Origin: Promethearchaeota archaeon
GTDB lineage: Archaea; Asgardarchaeota; Thorarchaeia; Thorarchaeales; Thorarchaeaceae
Direction: 5' to 3'
Length of the DNA: 31,564 nt
Assembly: GCA_014728035.1 (NCBI GenBank)
Contig: WJMJ01000056.1
Coordinates: 1-31,564, forward strand
Shown: positions 19,060 through 27,866 of the stretch, one piece after another
Numbering within the stretch: the first letter of the stretch is position 1
Layout: each line of letters opens with the position of its first letter
Program-made: the position numbers and the translations under genes
The notes under the pieces: model-generated
Database searches by the model: none
The model's input: the letters and a program-made list of their open reading frames with translations, nothing else
What the model was told of the DNA's origin: nothing

Positions 19060-20637
19060 CTACGGTAATGGTGGTGAGATTGTAACATCTTTTTCCCACT
19101 CAACTTCATATTGATATTCGATTTGATGTTTCTCACCGGATTCAATCATTTCTTCCCATTTCATAACTCCAAGGTCTTTACTTTCCAACTCTAATTGTTC
19201 CCAGTCAACCTTGACCTCAATGGCAGGGTTAAGGCTATGAGGAACTCTATCTCTTATCTCAATAGTTATTTCCTGCTTGGAGAAGTTCTCAATCTCTAAA
19301 CGATATTTGTAACCTCTTTTCAGCTTACCTCTAGTTATACCCGCTTTCTCCATCTGTTTGTCAACAAGTTTCTTTGTTGCCTTCACGTCGTAGGCAGTTC
19401 TAGTACCAATCTTGAATTCTTCACGAGGTGAGATTAAATCAATGGATGTTTCACCAATATAGTCTCCATCAGCATAGACTTTGACTTTGCCTGGTAGAAT
19501 TACATTATCTCCATTGGTGACCTCATCTTGAGCAACAACTTCTGCCATACCGTCAGCATACCAATAGTGTATCGAACGAGAATCGAGTGTTTCTTCGGTC
19601 AATGTCACTGGATGTCTCTCATCGTCTGAAGGGATTGAAACTGGTTTTGGTAGTTCATAATATGTTATTCCAGAAGCACCTTCTGAAGCATCTGCAAATT
19701 CTTCAATCATTGGTTCTGGTTCTGGTGCTGGTGGACGTGCTGGTTCAGATGCTATTGCTGCAACGCGATCCATTCGTTTGGCAGCTTTCCTCATTCTTTT
19801 TCCACCCGATGCTGGTGCTGGTTTTGGTTTAGGCGGGTGATATACTGATATGATGTAAGGGGATGCCTCTATTGCTTCCACTGGTTTTGCGGTAGCTGTA
19901 GAAACCACTAGATTTACTTTATCCCAATCTTCACGGGTTTGATTCTTCACCATTGCAATTCTACGTAGATTAGCCTTTTTGGGAACTAGATCAACATCAT
20001 AATTTGGAGTCCATCCTGCCCCATTGCACTGGTATGTTGTTTCAAGAACTATCTCCCCTTTTTCTTTCATCTCAAGAGATACTTCTACTTCAAAGTAATT
20101 CTCTATTCGTCGATCGGATTCTATATCTCCAATATTTCCCCTAATCACAGTAATCTGTTCTTGAATTTCTTTAAGTTTCTCTCTCAAATCTCTGATTTTC
20201 TTTGTTGTTTCTTTGTTGAGTTTGGAACTAGCTTCATCAATTTCTGTAAGTTGCGTGATATCTCCTTCATCAGCAGCATAAACCATTCCAAAATGGTCAG
20301 AGAACTCCTTAACCATTTGGTCAACATTTGTGAGTCTTGCAGTATGAATCTCTAATTCATCTGAAACTGCTTCATATTCTTTTTGGAGAGCTTCAAGTTC
20401 TTTCTTCAACTTCTCAATCTCTTTCTTTGGCTTGAAGATCCTCTCTTTATAGCTAACATCTATACTAGCGAGTGCACCGGGTCCGCTCCCTTTCACTCTA
20501 AAACTATCCTCTTGAGCAAATTCTGTTATATCTGATATGACCACCTTTTGCGGTCCTTTGTCAAGAGTTGCTTTTCCTGTTCTGACTACTCGAGCACCAT
20601 CACGAAAGACTGTTACTCGAGAAATCGTCGTTTGCAT
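19060..20637 (-). CDS. DUF4140/DUF4139 (MuiA-like, TIGR02231) protein, paralogue A
   Basis: VTVFRDGARVVR, AGWTPNYDV, VKNQTREDW..LVVSTA, ILPGKVKVYADGDYIGET, DRVPHS. Start is ATG 20637 or TTG 20643. Confidence 0.9.
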   Translation of the reverse strand: MQTTISRVTVFRDGARVVRTGKATLDKGPQKVVISDITEFAQEDSFRVKGSGPGALASIDVSYKERIFKPKKEIEKLKKELEALQKEYEAVSDELEIHTARLTNVDQMVKEFSDHFGMVYAADEGDITQLTEIDEASSKLNKETTKKIRDLREKLKEIQEQITVIRGNIGDIESDRRIENYFEVEVSLEMKEKGEIVLETTYQCNGAGWTPNYDVDLVPKKANLRRIAMVKNQTREDWDKVNLVVSTATAKPVEAIEASPYIISVYHPPKPKPAPASGGKRMRKAAKRMDRVAAIASEPARPPAPEPEPMIEEFADASEGASGITYYELPKPVSIPSDDERHPVTLTEETLDSRSIHYWYADGMAEVVAQDEVTNGDNVILPGKVKVYADGDYIGETSIDLISPREEFKIGTRTAYDVKATKKLVDKQMEKAGITRGKLKRGYKYRLEIENFSKQEITIEIRDRVPHSLNPAIEVKVDWEQLELESKDLGVMKWEEMIESGEKHQIEYQYEVEWEKDVTISPPLP

Positions 20638-20731
20638 ATCCAATTTAGCGATCTCCCGCTGTGACAGCTACACGAACACATTTATTCTTTGAGTGTTTCA
20701 AAGAGTTATCAAATATTTATTCTACGTGGTT

Positions 20732-21976
20732 CTATATTCTTGGTAGTTGAATCCTGAAGGTGCATCCTGAATGATCTGCAGTTTGTTCTAATTGTATAGT
20801 TCCATTGTGTGATTCGATTACTTTCTTCGTAAGATACAGACCCAAACCATGCCCCTCCTTGCTTGTTGTGATTCCCTTTTGGAAAAGCTTCGATACAATA
20901 GACTCTTCAATTCCTGGTCCATTATCACAGAAGTCAATAATCACATACTCTTTTGATTGTTTAATAAAGATATCAACCTCTGGCCTAGGACCACAATGTT
21001 GTGCACAGTTTCTTAAAAGATTTTCAAAAGCACTTGGTAATAATCTACTAATATACACATGCACTTCAGGAACTGAATCAACATGATGAATAGTTACTTT
21101 CATTGGTTTGAATGCTATTTCAGCTCTTATCGCGATATTGTTCAATAACCTTACGATGTCATTTTCAATGTCTTCTTCTGTTAATCTAAATATTTGAATC
21201 AGACTTCTCATTCTTCGAGATGCAGCTATAACTGATTGCATACAGGAGTATACTTCGGAATCTTGATCATAATGAACTTGAGCGAGCTCGGCTCTTCCCA
21301 TGACTATTTGCAAGTCATTTGATAAATCATGAGCCAGAAGTGATGTGTACACCTCTTGTTCTGATTGCCGTTCACCTAATTCCTCATTTGTTTCACGTAA
21401 TTTGATAATACTATATTCTTGGCTCCAGGTACTAAATGTTAATAGAAAGGCAATCGCATAAGATATCGCTATACCCTCGATTGCTATTGCTAATGATATT
21501 CCAGGATGCTGCTGGATTGATACTACTAATCCGATCATGTTTGAAGTAATCAATACTAATTCTTGAGTTGGTTTCAGTAGCTGACTTCCAAAAAGTGCTG
21601 CTAGAACTGGCCATGAAAGTGTATGCAACAAAGCTGTGGTTTCATTCCATGTTGAGTTTATTGCCAGCATAATATACGGAATTGACATTGCGATTGTAAG
21701 CCCAAAATACCCAGCTAATCGATTGTATTCTGTTTTACTCAAAACAAAAAGAATTGCAAGGAAGAATGTAAGGCCCGAGTATATCGGCAGGTCTTGTGTT
21801 GATTCACTAGTTATCTGTAGTATCGGAAAAATCGTAGTAGCTAACAAAAGAGCTGTAGAAACAAATCGCGCTTTGATTTTTTCAGATCCCTCTATAATCG
21901 ATTTATGCGGCTGAGTAATTCTAAATGGGATATTCTTCACCCTCCCCAACCACTTTTCAATTGCCTCCTTTCTCAA
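20732..21976 (-). CDS. Membrane sensor histidine kinase
   Basis: About 6 TM segments; H-box AHDLSNDLQ, N-box FENLLRNCAQH, G1 DNGPGI, F-box LFQKG, G2 GHGLGL. Confidence 0.9.
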   Translation of the reverse strand: MRKEAIEKWLGRVKNIPFRITQPHKSIIEGSEKIKARFVSTALLLATTIFPILQITSESTQDLPIYSGLTFFLAILFVLSKTEYNRLAGYFGLTIAMSIPYIMLAINSTWNETTALLHTLSWPVLAALFGSQLLKPTQELVLITSNMIGLVVSIQQHPGISLAIAIEGIAISYAIAFLLTFSTWSQEYSIIKLRETNEELGERQSEQEVYTSLLAHDLSNDLQIVMGRAELAQVHYDQDSEVYSCMQSVIAASRRMRSLIQIFRLTEEDIENDIVRLLNNIAIRAEIAFKPMKVTIHHVDSVPEVHVYISRLLPSAFENLLRNCAQHCGPRPEVDIFIKQSKEYVIIDFCDNGPGIEESIVSKLFQKGITTSKEGHGLGLYLTKKVIESHNGTIQLEQTADHSGCTFRIQLPRI

Positions 21977-22185
21977 CTTTACAACAACCGATTAGTAATA
22001 GACTACAAAATATAAGGCAAATCTACCTAAAAATATTACATTTTTAAGATTTAGCTGTAATATCTTCAATGAAATGTAGATTATTAGAAAGAAAATGAAT
22101 TGTATGAAGATTTTTTCGGTTTAAGGGAAATCTCCATAAATCTTCAAATACTGAACGCTGTATAGCATTTAGTGATAAGAAACAA

Positions 22186-24789
22186 TTGGTGGATAAAGTG
22201 CTTGAGAAGGGTTTCATAAAATTAGGGTTTAGAAATTCCTTCAGGAGAAAACGAACTACGGCCTTTACACTTGTTTCCATCATAATTTCAGTAGGGTTAC
22301 TCTATACTGCTTTATCAGCTAGTGCAAATCTTCAGGCAAATGCCAATTCATTTATTCAAGATTCTTTCACCCCTTCAGATGTATCTGTGACTGGAAGATA
22401 TCAATTTCCTATCACCCCTGAGATTATACAAACAATTCAGGATTACCCCGAGGTAGAAAATGTCGTACCTCGAATTGAGGAATGGGCTTGGCAAGGGACT
22501 TTTGGAAGCGATATAGTCCTATTTCTTGTAGCTATTGATTTAGACCTTGAAGCTCATCTTGGCCAATTGAATGTAACTGAGGGTGTACTTGATCTCGACA
22601 GAGGTTGTTTGATAACTCCGGAGGCAAAAGAAATCTTGAACCAGTCAGTCGGTGAAACCCTTCAGCTTCACACCACTTCGGGGATTTTTTTCACAAATAT
22701 TACATCAGTTGGTACCGCAATTGACAAAGGGGTATTTGGTCCTATTGTGTTCATTTCATTAGAAACTGCTTGGGATGTATTTCCAAGCAAATATCCCGGA
22801 AATAGTACAAATAAAGCACTTGTTGAATTATATGACATATTTAGTTTTGAAACAGTGCGAAATAGAATACATGAATCAATTAATGAGGAATACCAAGTAA
22901 TTAATTTAAAATCATACCCTACTATGCTTGCAAGTAATTTTCTAACACAGACACGAGTGGTACTATTTGGTCTGGTTTTGGCATCGATTTTTATTGCATC
23001 ATTTCGTGTGTTTGCATCATTTGTTTCTATATTAAAAAAGAGAATGTATGAGAATGGAGTTATGATGGCTTTTGGTGCAGATAATCAGATGATTATCCAA
23101 GCTATCTTAGCGGAAGTTGGAATTATTGGATTGATTGGATCTATCCTTGGTTGTATTTTTGGTGCGATTTTTGGACTTGTTGTATTGAATACTGTAACGC
23201 AATTACAGAACATCTTTTTTTCAGGCCCTTCAGCAAGCATCTTTTCTTTTAGTGTATTTGTTGATCCTGTAAGTCTCCTTATTGCAGGAATTATTGGTTT
23301 AGCTATTACCATAATTTCTGGATACGCTCCTGCAATTTCTGCTACAAAACAACCAATTGCTAGAAATTTGATTGGCAGTGATCCGTTCAAAGACCAATAT
23401 GAATCCGAGTCACCAAGCAGAACTTTACGAATCTCATACTTCTCAGTCACAGCAATCGCTATTGTTATTGTAGGAGTTGTTGTCCTACAATTACTTTCTG
23501 ATATTACAGAAACCAATATCATCACATCTGATGCTCTCCGAATTGCATCAATTCCATCCTTTCTTCTCCTAGCTATCGTGATTTCACCATATGTTGTGAG
23601 GTCCAATAAGATAGTTGAAGTACTTACCAGAAAGAGTGAACAATCAGTCAAATTCTTAGCATCTCGCAATCTCAGAAGGAATACACTAAGTGCGTTAATT
23701 TCTTTCAATCTTTTCTGTGCAGTAACGGTTATGTTCATTGCATCAACGAATGTCGGAATTATGGTTACTGAATCTTGGAAACAAAGTGTAGGATATCAAA
23801 CAACACCAGCAAATGTTGTATCATATTTTGATCCGCCTGCTGATTTGGAAATAATGGAGTCAATCAGAGCATTTCCTGAAGTTGAGAGTGCAACACCTGT
23901 AAACCAACACCTCTTCCTCTTCCATGGCCCATATACTAGTTTTACAGGATTTCTAATATCTGCTCAACCTGAAGGATTCGGACAAGTGGCATCGATATCA
24001 GTTCTGGAGACCGCAAATGAAACAGAAGGACTAGAAGCCCTAAATACACCACTTACATGTTTTATATCACAGGAGATTGCACTAGATTTAGATGTGGGTC
24101 TCGGTGATAAAATCGAAACTTCGAATGGTTACAATCTTACAATTGTAGGAATCTGTTCATCTTCTATTGCCATATACGTTGTTTCAATAATCAATCCTCT
24201 TTTTGTTATTACAAATACAGAGACATGGGAGATTGTACGAAATGAGGAGTTCAGAATTGGAAACCTACTTGTTTCATCTAATGATCCTAATCTTACATTA
24301 AATCGTTTGACTGAATTCCATGGTTCTCATCCAGTTTTAGTATCAACAATTCTTGCAGATTATGAAACTGCACTTTTCAATGTTGAGCAAATCGTAAATT
24401 CATCACTGGTAGCATTACTTCTAGTAACCTTTGCTAGTACCTTACTCAGTTCTTGGTCTATTGCGAGTTCTAGAAGAAGAGAGATTGGTATGTTGTCAGC
24501 TTTCGGAATGAGTCGACACGAAATAGCTCTAACTCTAACAGTTGAGAGTGGTTCATCGTTTATCTCTGGTGTTCTGGTGGGTTGCATTGTAGGCTTCTTT
24601 GTTCAGGCAACTCTTCTAAGAATCATTTCTAGAATTGCAGGAAATCTCTTTGTTTTAATCTCGCCATCTATTATCATAATTATTTTACTCTCAGTGATGA
24701 TTTCTGTTTTGGGTTCTTATTTAGCTGTAGGCAAAGTTACTCAGGAGAATGTAATCCATCTTCTCAGAGAGGGAAGAAGATCAGAGTGA
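22186..24789 (+). CDS. FtsX/MacB-like (type VII) ABC permease with duplicated halves
   Basis: RNSFRRKRTTAFT and RNLRRNTLS N-terminal motifs; KRMYENGVMMAFGA and SRRREIGMLSAFGM FtsX motifs; two large extracytoplasmic domains. Confidence 0.9.
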   Translation: MVDKVLEKGFIKLGFRNSFRRKRTTAFTLVSIIISVGLLYTALSASANLQANANSFIQDSFTPSDVSVTGRYQFPITPEIIQTIQDYPEVENVVPRIEEWAWQGTFGSDIVLFLVAIDLDLEAHLGQLNVTEGVLDLDRGCLITPEAKEILNQSVGETLQLHTTSGIFFTNITSVGTAIDKGVFGPIVFISLETAWDVFPSKYPGNSTNKALVELYDIFSFETVRNRIHESINEEYQVINLKSYPTMLASNFLTQTRVVLFGLVLASIFIASFRVFASFVSILKKRMYENGVMMAFGADNQMIIQAILAEVGIIGLIGSILGCIFGAIFGLVVLNTVTQLQNIFFSGPSASIFSFSVFVDPVSLLIAGIIGLAITIISGYAPAISATKQPIARNLIGSDPFKDQYESESPSRTLRISYFSVTAIAIVIVGVVVLQLLSDITETNIITSDALRIASIPSFLLLAIVISPYVVRSNKIVEVLTRKSEQSVKFLASRNLRRNTLSALISFNLFCAVTVMFIASTNVGIMVTESWKQSVGYQTTPANVVSYFDPPADLEIMESIRAFPEVESATPVNQHLFLFHGPYTSFTGFLISAQPEGFGQVASISVLETANETEGLEALNTPLTCFISQEIALDLDVGLGDKIETSNGYNLTIVGICSSSIAIYVVSIINPLFVITNTETWEIVRNEEFRIGNLLVSSNDPNLTLNRLTEFHGSHPVLVSTILADYETALFNVEQIVNSSLVALLLVTFASTLLSSWSIASSRRREIGMLSAFGMSRHEIALTLTVESGSSFISGVLVGCIVGFFVQATLLRIISRIAGNLFVLISPSIIIIILLSVMISVLGSYLAVGKVTQENVIHLLREGRRSE

Positions 24790-24942
24790 AATACAGGATA
24801 TCCCTTCTATTGGTATCTAGTCCTCTTCTTGAAAATAAACTGAATCCATGTGGGATAACTATCCTACATATTATGGATAGATTTTGAATTAATTTCTATC
24901 TATGAAACTGAACGCATTGACTCTATTACTAGCTAGACGAAT

Positions 24943-24978
24943 TGGAAAGAAAAGGTTGAGGACTGAACTAGTCAGCCC
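24943..24978 (-). terminator. Hairpin + pyrimidine tract after rubredoxin
   Basis: Minus strand reads GGGCTGA-CTAGT-TCAGTCC (one G-U pair) then TCAACCTTTTCTTTCC, directly after the TAA. Confidence 0.5.
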
Positions 24979-25137
24979 TTATAGTTTTTCAAAATCTTCT
25001 TTACCTGCTCCACACATCGGGCAAACCCAATCATCTGGCAGGTCTTCAAATTTAGTGCCAGGGTCGATACCATTATCGGGATCGCCCTTATCCTCATCAT
25101 AAACCCAGCCGCAAACAAGACATTCCCATTTAGCCAT
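24979..25137 (-). CDS. Rubredoxin (52 aa)
   Basis: Not in the ORF track. [52 protein letters not shown] has two CxxCG knuckles; GGTGA upstream. Confidence 0.97.
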   Translation of the reverse strand: MAKWECLVCGWVYDEDKGDPDNGIDPGTKFEDLPDDWVCPMCGAGKEDFEKL

Positions 25138-25235
25138 GTATTTTTCACCACTAGTGATTCATCGGTCCGATTACGGACTCTGGACTACTCAACTGGAATT
25201 TTCAGATAAAAGCATTGTCTTAGCGTTGTGAGTGG

Positions 25236-25278
25236 GGATAAAAAAGAGAAAAAGACCTGCAGCGTTATCTGCAAGTCT
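25236..25278 (-). terminator. Hairpin + U-tract after the surface protein gene
   Basis: Minus strand reads AGACTTGCAG-ATAACG-CTGCAGGTCT (10 bp, one U-G pair) then TTTTCTCTTTTTTATCC. Confidence 0.7.
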
Positions 25279-25291
25279 AAGATATTATAGT

Positions 25292-27673
25292 CTACGGACG
25301 CCGTCGGACAAGCAGGATTGCTACACCGACTACTGCTACTCCACCTACCCCTGCAACAAGATAGAGGGTTGGAATACCCAAAATTGTTGGAGGCCACCAT
25401 CCGCCTGTAACAAGTATCTGATAGCCTGGTGCAGATATTGTATATCGTGCGGTTCCTTCCCAATCACCAGGTGATGTAGGACTGAATGAACTTAGTGTGG
25501 TATTGAAGTATACACAAATAGCTGGCATGTCCATGTAGAGACCAGTATCATTAGCTACAACATCGTAGGTAAATGTCCAAGTCTCACCTGCTGCGAGAGA
25601 ATCATGAGTCCAGTAGAATTCACGCTCTCCATCCAATCCAGCGCTCATTCCATCAAGAACCTTGATATCATAAGCAGTAGCGTCACCATAATTGTGAACA
25701 GTCATGGTGTAGGTGATGATTCCACCTTCGTTAATCTCACGAACTGATGGTGCTTTAACAACTGTTAGATAAGGCCCATCGATATTCAAAGCCTCTGGGT
25801 CTGAGTCAAAGGTCAGTGTCCATGTATCTGTATCAATAGTTTCCAATGTTGGAGTAGAATCATCAATATCCCAGTTAACAGCTCCAGCAAAACCAAGGCC
25901 TGCAACTAGCGATGCTCCAATGTCTGCTTTCAAAAATGGTGTGATGTGTTCTTGTAAATTGGTTGTGTCTAGCATATCATGAACTGCATCCTTAATATCT
26001 GCTAGATTGTCATCAGCCATTGCATACCATAGAGCACCAAGATTGAGCTCCCAGTGTGTGTCTACGAAATCTGCTAAGTCTTCTTTTGTTTGGAATTCTG
26101 CGGGGAAATTAATCCCTGCGAAGTCATCCATGAATACTTCAATTCCTTCAATCATTGTGTTCAGATATGATTCGAGTTCAGGTGCGTCAGCATATATGTC
26201 ATCATCAAGGATATCTAGCAAATTGTATGCATCGAAATACTGGATAAATGCCAAAGCTAAAGCTGCTGGAGGATTATCGTCGTAAACATCCATGTCTACA
26301 TAGTCCACCAGAGCAGAAGGATTCATTCCAGCTTGTTCCATGATGTCAGCTAGCAAGTCTAGGTTTAATTCAACTATTGGTGTTTCTGGGAAATCATCCT
26401 CGTCATAATCCAAGAACAACTCTTGGAAATCTGGGAATGTACCAACACCACCCCATAGTGAATCGATGAATGGGTCAAACATTGTTTCACTAATTGATTC
26501 AATGCTTGTGTGTACTTGCATAGCGTAATATGAAGGTAAGTATGAGAGATATGCTGTTATGACCTCGGATAGGTCTGAGCCTGCAGGGATTGTCTTTCCT
26601 GGCAGGTAAATCGAGCTTGGAATTTCGTAGCTATCATCTTCTATTGACCAATCAGTAGGTATTCCTCCCATTTCTAGATGGGCCGGAGTAGCTCCAACAA
26701 GAATTGAGATTGATTCAGCAGTATCAACTTGTTGCATCTTGTTCTGCAGATTTCCAGCTAATCCTAGATGGACCAGTGGATTGTAGACTTCATCTCCAGC
26801 AACTGCTTGAACCTGATTTGGTACACTTTGGGATATCTCAGCTCCTATTATGATTTCAATCTCTGTTTCATAATCAGGTTGGTCTCCTTCAGGTCTATAG
26901 TATGGGTACATCGAATATGATATTCCCTCTAGTATAGTATCTACGTGAGACATAGTGGGCCTTCTCATAAAAGGCATAATGGTCTCAGTTGTAGTTGTCA
27001 GCAAGTTGGTCCAACCAGTTCCAGCAGCTAGGTCCATAAAACCACCTAATGATGCCAATCTGGTCCTCATAGTGTTTAATGCTCCAACTCCGCCATCAAC
27101 CTGGAGAATTGCTATATAGGTCATTTGATAAGTAAAACCACCATCTACAATTTCCAGTCTTTGTAGGTCTAAATTGAAAGCAGTTTCATATATCTCTACG
27201 ATGTCTTCAGCTAAATCAATAGCTTCCGATTCAGAAACTTCTTCATAATAGCTTGGATCTGAGAGTGGGATTACATATACCGGAGATACAGATAGTTGCA
27301 AAACAGCCATTGAAGCACCCATAGCTCCATTTGGAAATGGGGTCATTCCTGCGACATTAAATACAATTTGTGAAACATAGCCGTCTTCATTCGTGGTCTG
27401 ATCGTCAAGTACATCTTTTATTGCGTTAGTATGGTCGTAACCATAATGAGATGCGTTCTGGACAGTCGCCACAACATCATAAACTCCACCCCATGCATCC
27501 ACAAAAGCTCCAGCACCCTCAATTGTCTGAATATTGGGTTCCTCTGCAGCAGGTGAATGATTCTGTGTAGTATTGATTTGTGGAGAAACTGTCACATTCG
27601 CTGCAAGCATTGGCATTACCAATGTAATCGCCAGAAAAGCAGCTAGAAGCAAGTTACTCTTGCGTGAATTCAT
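25292..27673 (-). CDS. Large acidic membrane-anchored cell-surface protein with a C-terminal DUF11/TRAP-beta-like Ig domain
   Basis: Signal peptide MNSRKSNLLLAAFLAITLVMPMLA; Asp/Glu-rich body; LTVVK...ITYTMTVHNYGDATAYDIKVLD...LAAGETWTFTY; C-terminal TM followed by RRRP; N-glycosylation sequons (NVT, NTT, NAS, NDT); GAGGAG upstream. Confidence 0.75.
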   Translation of the reverse strand: MNSRKSNLLLAAFLAITLVMPMLAANVTVSPQINTTQNHSPAAEEPNIQTIEGAGAFVDAWGGVYDVVATVQNASHYGYDHTNAIKDVLDDQTTNEDGYVSQIVFNVAGMTPFPNGAMGASMAVLQLSVSPVYVIPLSDPSYYEEVSESEAIDLAEDIVEIYETAFNLDLQRLEIVDGGFTYQMTYIAILQVDGGVGALNTMRTRLASLGGFMDLAAGTGWTNLLTTTTETIMPFMRRPTMSHVDTILEGISYSMYPYYRPEGDQPDYETEIEIIIGAEISQSVPNQVQAVAGDEVYNPLVHLGLAGNLQNKMQQVDTAESISILVGATPAHLEMGGIPTDWSIEDDSYEIPSSIYLPGKTIPAGSDLSEVITAYLSYLPSYYAMQVHTSIESISETMFDPFIDSLWGGVGTFPDFQELFLDYDEDDFPETPIVELNLDLLADIMEQAGMNPSALVDYVDMDVYDDNPPAALALAFIQYFDAYNLLDILDDDIYADAPELESYLNTMIEGIEVFMDDFAGINFPAEFQTKEDLADFVDTHWELNLGALWYAMADDNLADIKDAVHDMLDTTNLQEHITPFLKADIGASLVAGLGFAGAVNWDIDDSTPTLETIDTDTWTLTFDSDPEALNIDGPYLTVVKAPSVREINEGGIITYTMTVHNYGDATAYDIKVLDGMSAGLDGEREFYWTHDSLAAGETWTFTYDVVANDTGLYMDMPAICVYFNTTLSSFSPTSPGDWEGTARYTISAPGYQILVTGGWWPPTILGIPTLYLVAGVGGVAVVGVAILLVRRRP

Positions 27674-27822
27674 TTATTTCTCCTCTAATTTGCGAATATG
27701 TAGGATAAAACCAATTGGTGGTGTAGTTCCTACAATAGCTTACTATTTTCATGAACATTTATGAACCTTTGCAGTTACTTGATTTTCTATTTATCGAAAT
27801 AAATACAACAACTACAGAAATA

Positions 27823-27854
27823 GAATGCTGACAGATTTTGTTCTGCCAGCACTC
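27823..27854 (-). terminator. 3' hairpin after the 430-aa membrane protein gene
   Basis: Minus strand reads GAGTGCTGGCAGA-ACAAAA-TCTGTCAGCATTC (13 bp, two G-U pairs) then a T-rich run. Confidence 0.55.
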
Positions 27855-27866
27855 GTTTTCCTCTTG

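Noticed and set aside
3630-24789. OppD-like ATPases as partners of the FtsX permease
   Set aside because: OppD-type ATPases serve type I importers, whereas FtsX/MacB permeases use LolD/FtsE-type ATPases; nothing in the sequence links them.
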